Origin: Octopus sinensis
Lineage: Eukaryota
DNA length: 64,000 nucleotides
Assembly: GCF_006345805.1 (NCBI RefSeq)
Contig: NC_043014.1
Span: 21,080,001-21,144,000, forward strand
Direction: 5' to 3'
Numbering within the stretch: the stretch's first letter is position 1; every line of letters begins with the position of its first letter. The position numbers were made by a program, and so were the translations under genes. This document shows, one piece after another, positions 63,390-64,000 of the stretch. The notes beneath the pieces are model-generated. The model had not been told where the DNA came from and did not search any database. It saw only the letters and a program-made list of their open reading frames with translations.

Positions 63390-63390
<1 letters not shown>

Positions 63391-63806
63391 CAGTTGTTTG
63401 ACCTTAACCAGTTGAGCATGTCCCTTAGTGGCTGACAATACGTGCATCTCTGATCACGAGCAGAAGTAGTGGGGGAGCATCATGGCCATGTGTTGAGAGG
63501 GATTCTTTGGAGTTTGAATAATTCACCTCTGGAAACATAGGTGTTTCGTTCAACATCCTAAAGCAACCCTTATTCAGGGACCTTTTGAGCGGGATGGGCT
63601 ACTCAACCTGAAGAAAATTCTAACTGGGCCCCACCTGCAAGGTCATGTGCTGTTTATCTTGATATGAGATCACCATGTCGCGCACATATGGTTGTGATGC
63701 ATGTGCCTGGTGTACCTTTATCAGACGGGTAGTCATGATGGGTATATTGGGCTTCGTATATTTTACCCCAGTGTCACTTTGATGGCATGAACTGCTCTCT
63801 CACTCA
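63390..63806 (+). mobile_element. 5'-truncated copy of the 37063 element, between (AAT)n tracts
   Basis: Approximate reverse complement of 37063-37480; ends ctctctcactc(aat)n. Confidence 0.8.
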
Positions 63807-63904
63807 ATAATAATAATAATAATAATAATAACTACGATAATAATAATAACTAGCATTATGACCCGTCGTTGCCGGGTCATAGTGCTAGTGCTTGTATATA
63901 TACT

Positions 63905-64000
63905 CTTTTACTCTTTTACTCTTTTAATTGTTTCAGTCATTTGACTGCGGCCATGCTGGAGCACCGCCTTTAGTCGAGCAAATCGACCCCGGGACTTATT
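63905..64000 (-). mobile_element. SINE family A 3' end, cut by the window edge
   Basis: tcagtcatttgactgcggccatgctggagcaccgcctttagtcgagc is the reverse complement of the family A tail. Confidence 0.85.

Overview
Eukaryotic, AT-rich, repeat-dominated DNA. The tRNA-Arg-headed SINEs and dense simple repeats suggest an octopod cephalopod (inference). I found no confident host protein-coding gene, rRNA, true tRNA or CRISPR array; most long ORFs in the track are microsatellite artefacts. Supported mobile elements: two full-length Tx1/L1-clade LINEs (one apparently two 1-bp indels from an intact ORF2); a 5'-truncated RTE LINE ending in three C2H2 fingers; R4/Dong-type RLE-LINE pieces; CR1-type and Gypsy RT relics; three DD34D mariners and one DD41D Tc1/mariner; an internally deleted Helentron with both termini; several MITEs; and three tRNA-derived SINE families. 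Four themes stand out. (1) Microsatellites host specific elements: (TATC)n and (TTA)n(TTG)n flank the Tx1 copies, (CATA)n an R4-like LINE, and (AAT)n Dong pieces plus the Helentron. (2) One SINE shares its 3' end with the Tx1 LINEs and repeats identical junctions. (3) Several minimal type I hammerhead-like motifs occur, the best in an inverted-repeat element at 9005-9413. (4) There is a long unique hairpin at 8657-8760. All calls were made by eye, without database searches or folding software; degraded-element boundaries are approximate.
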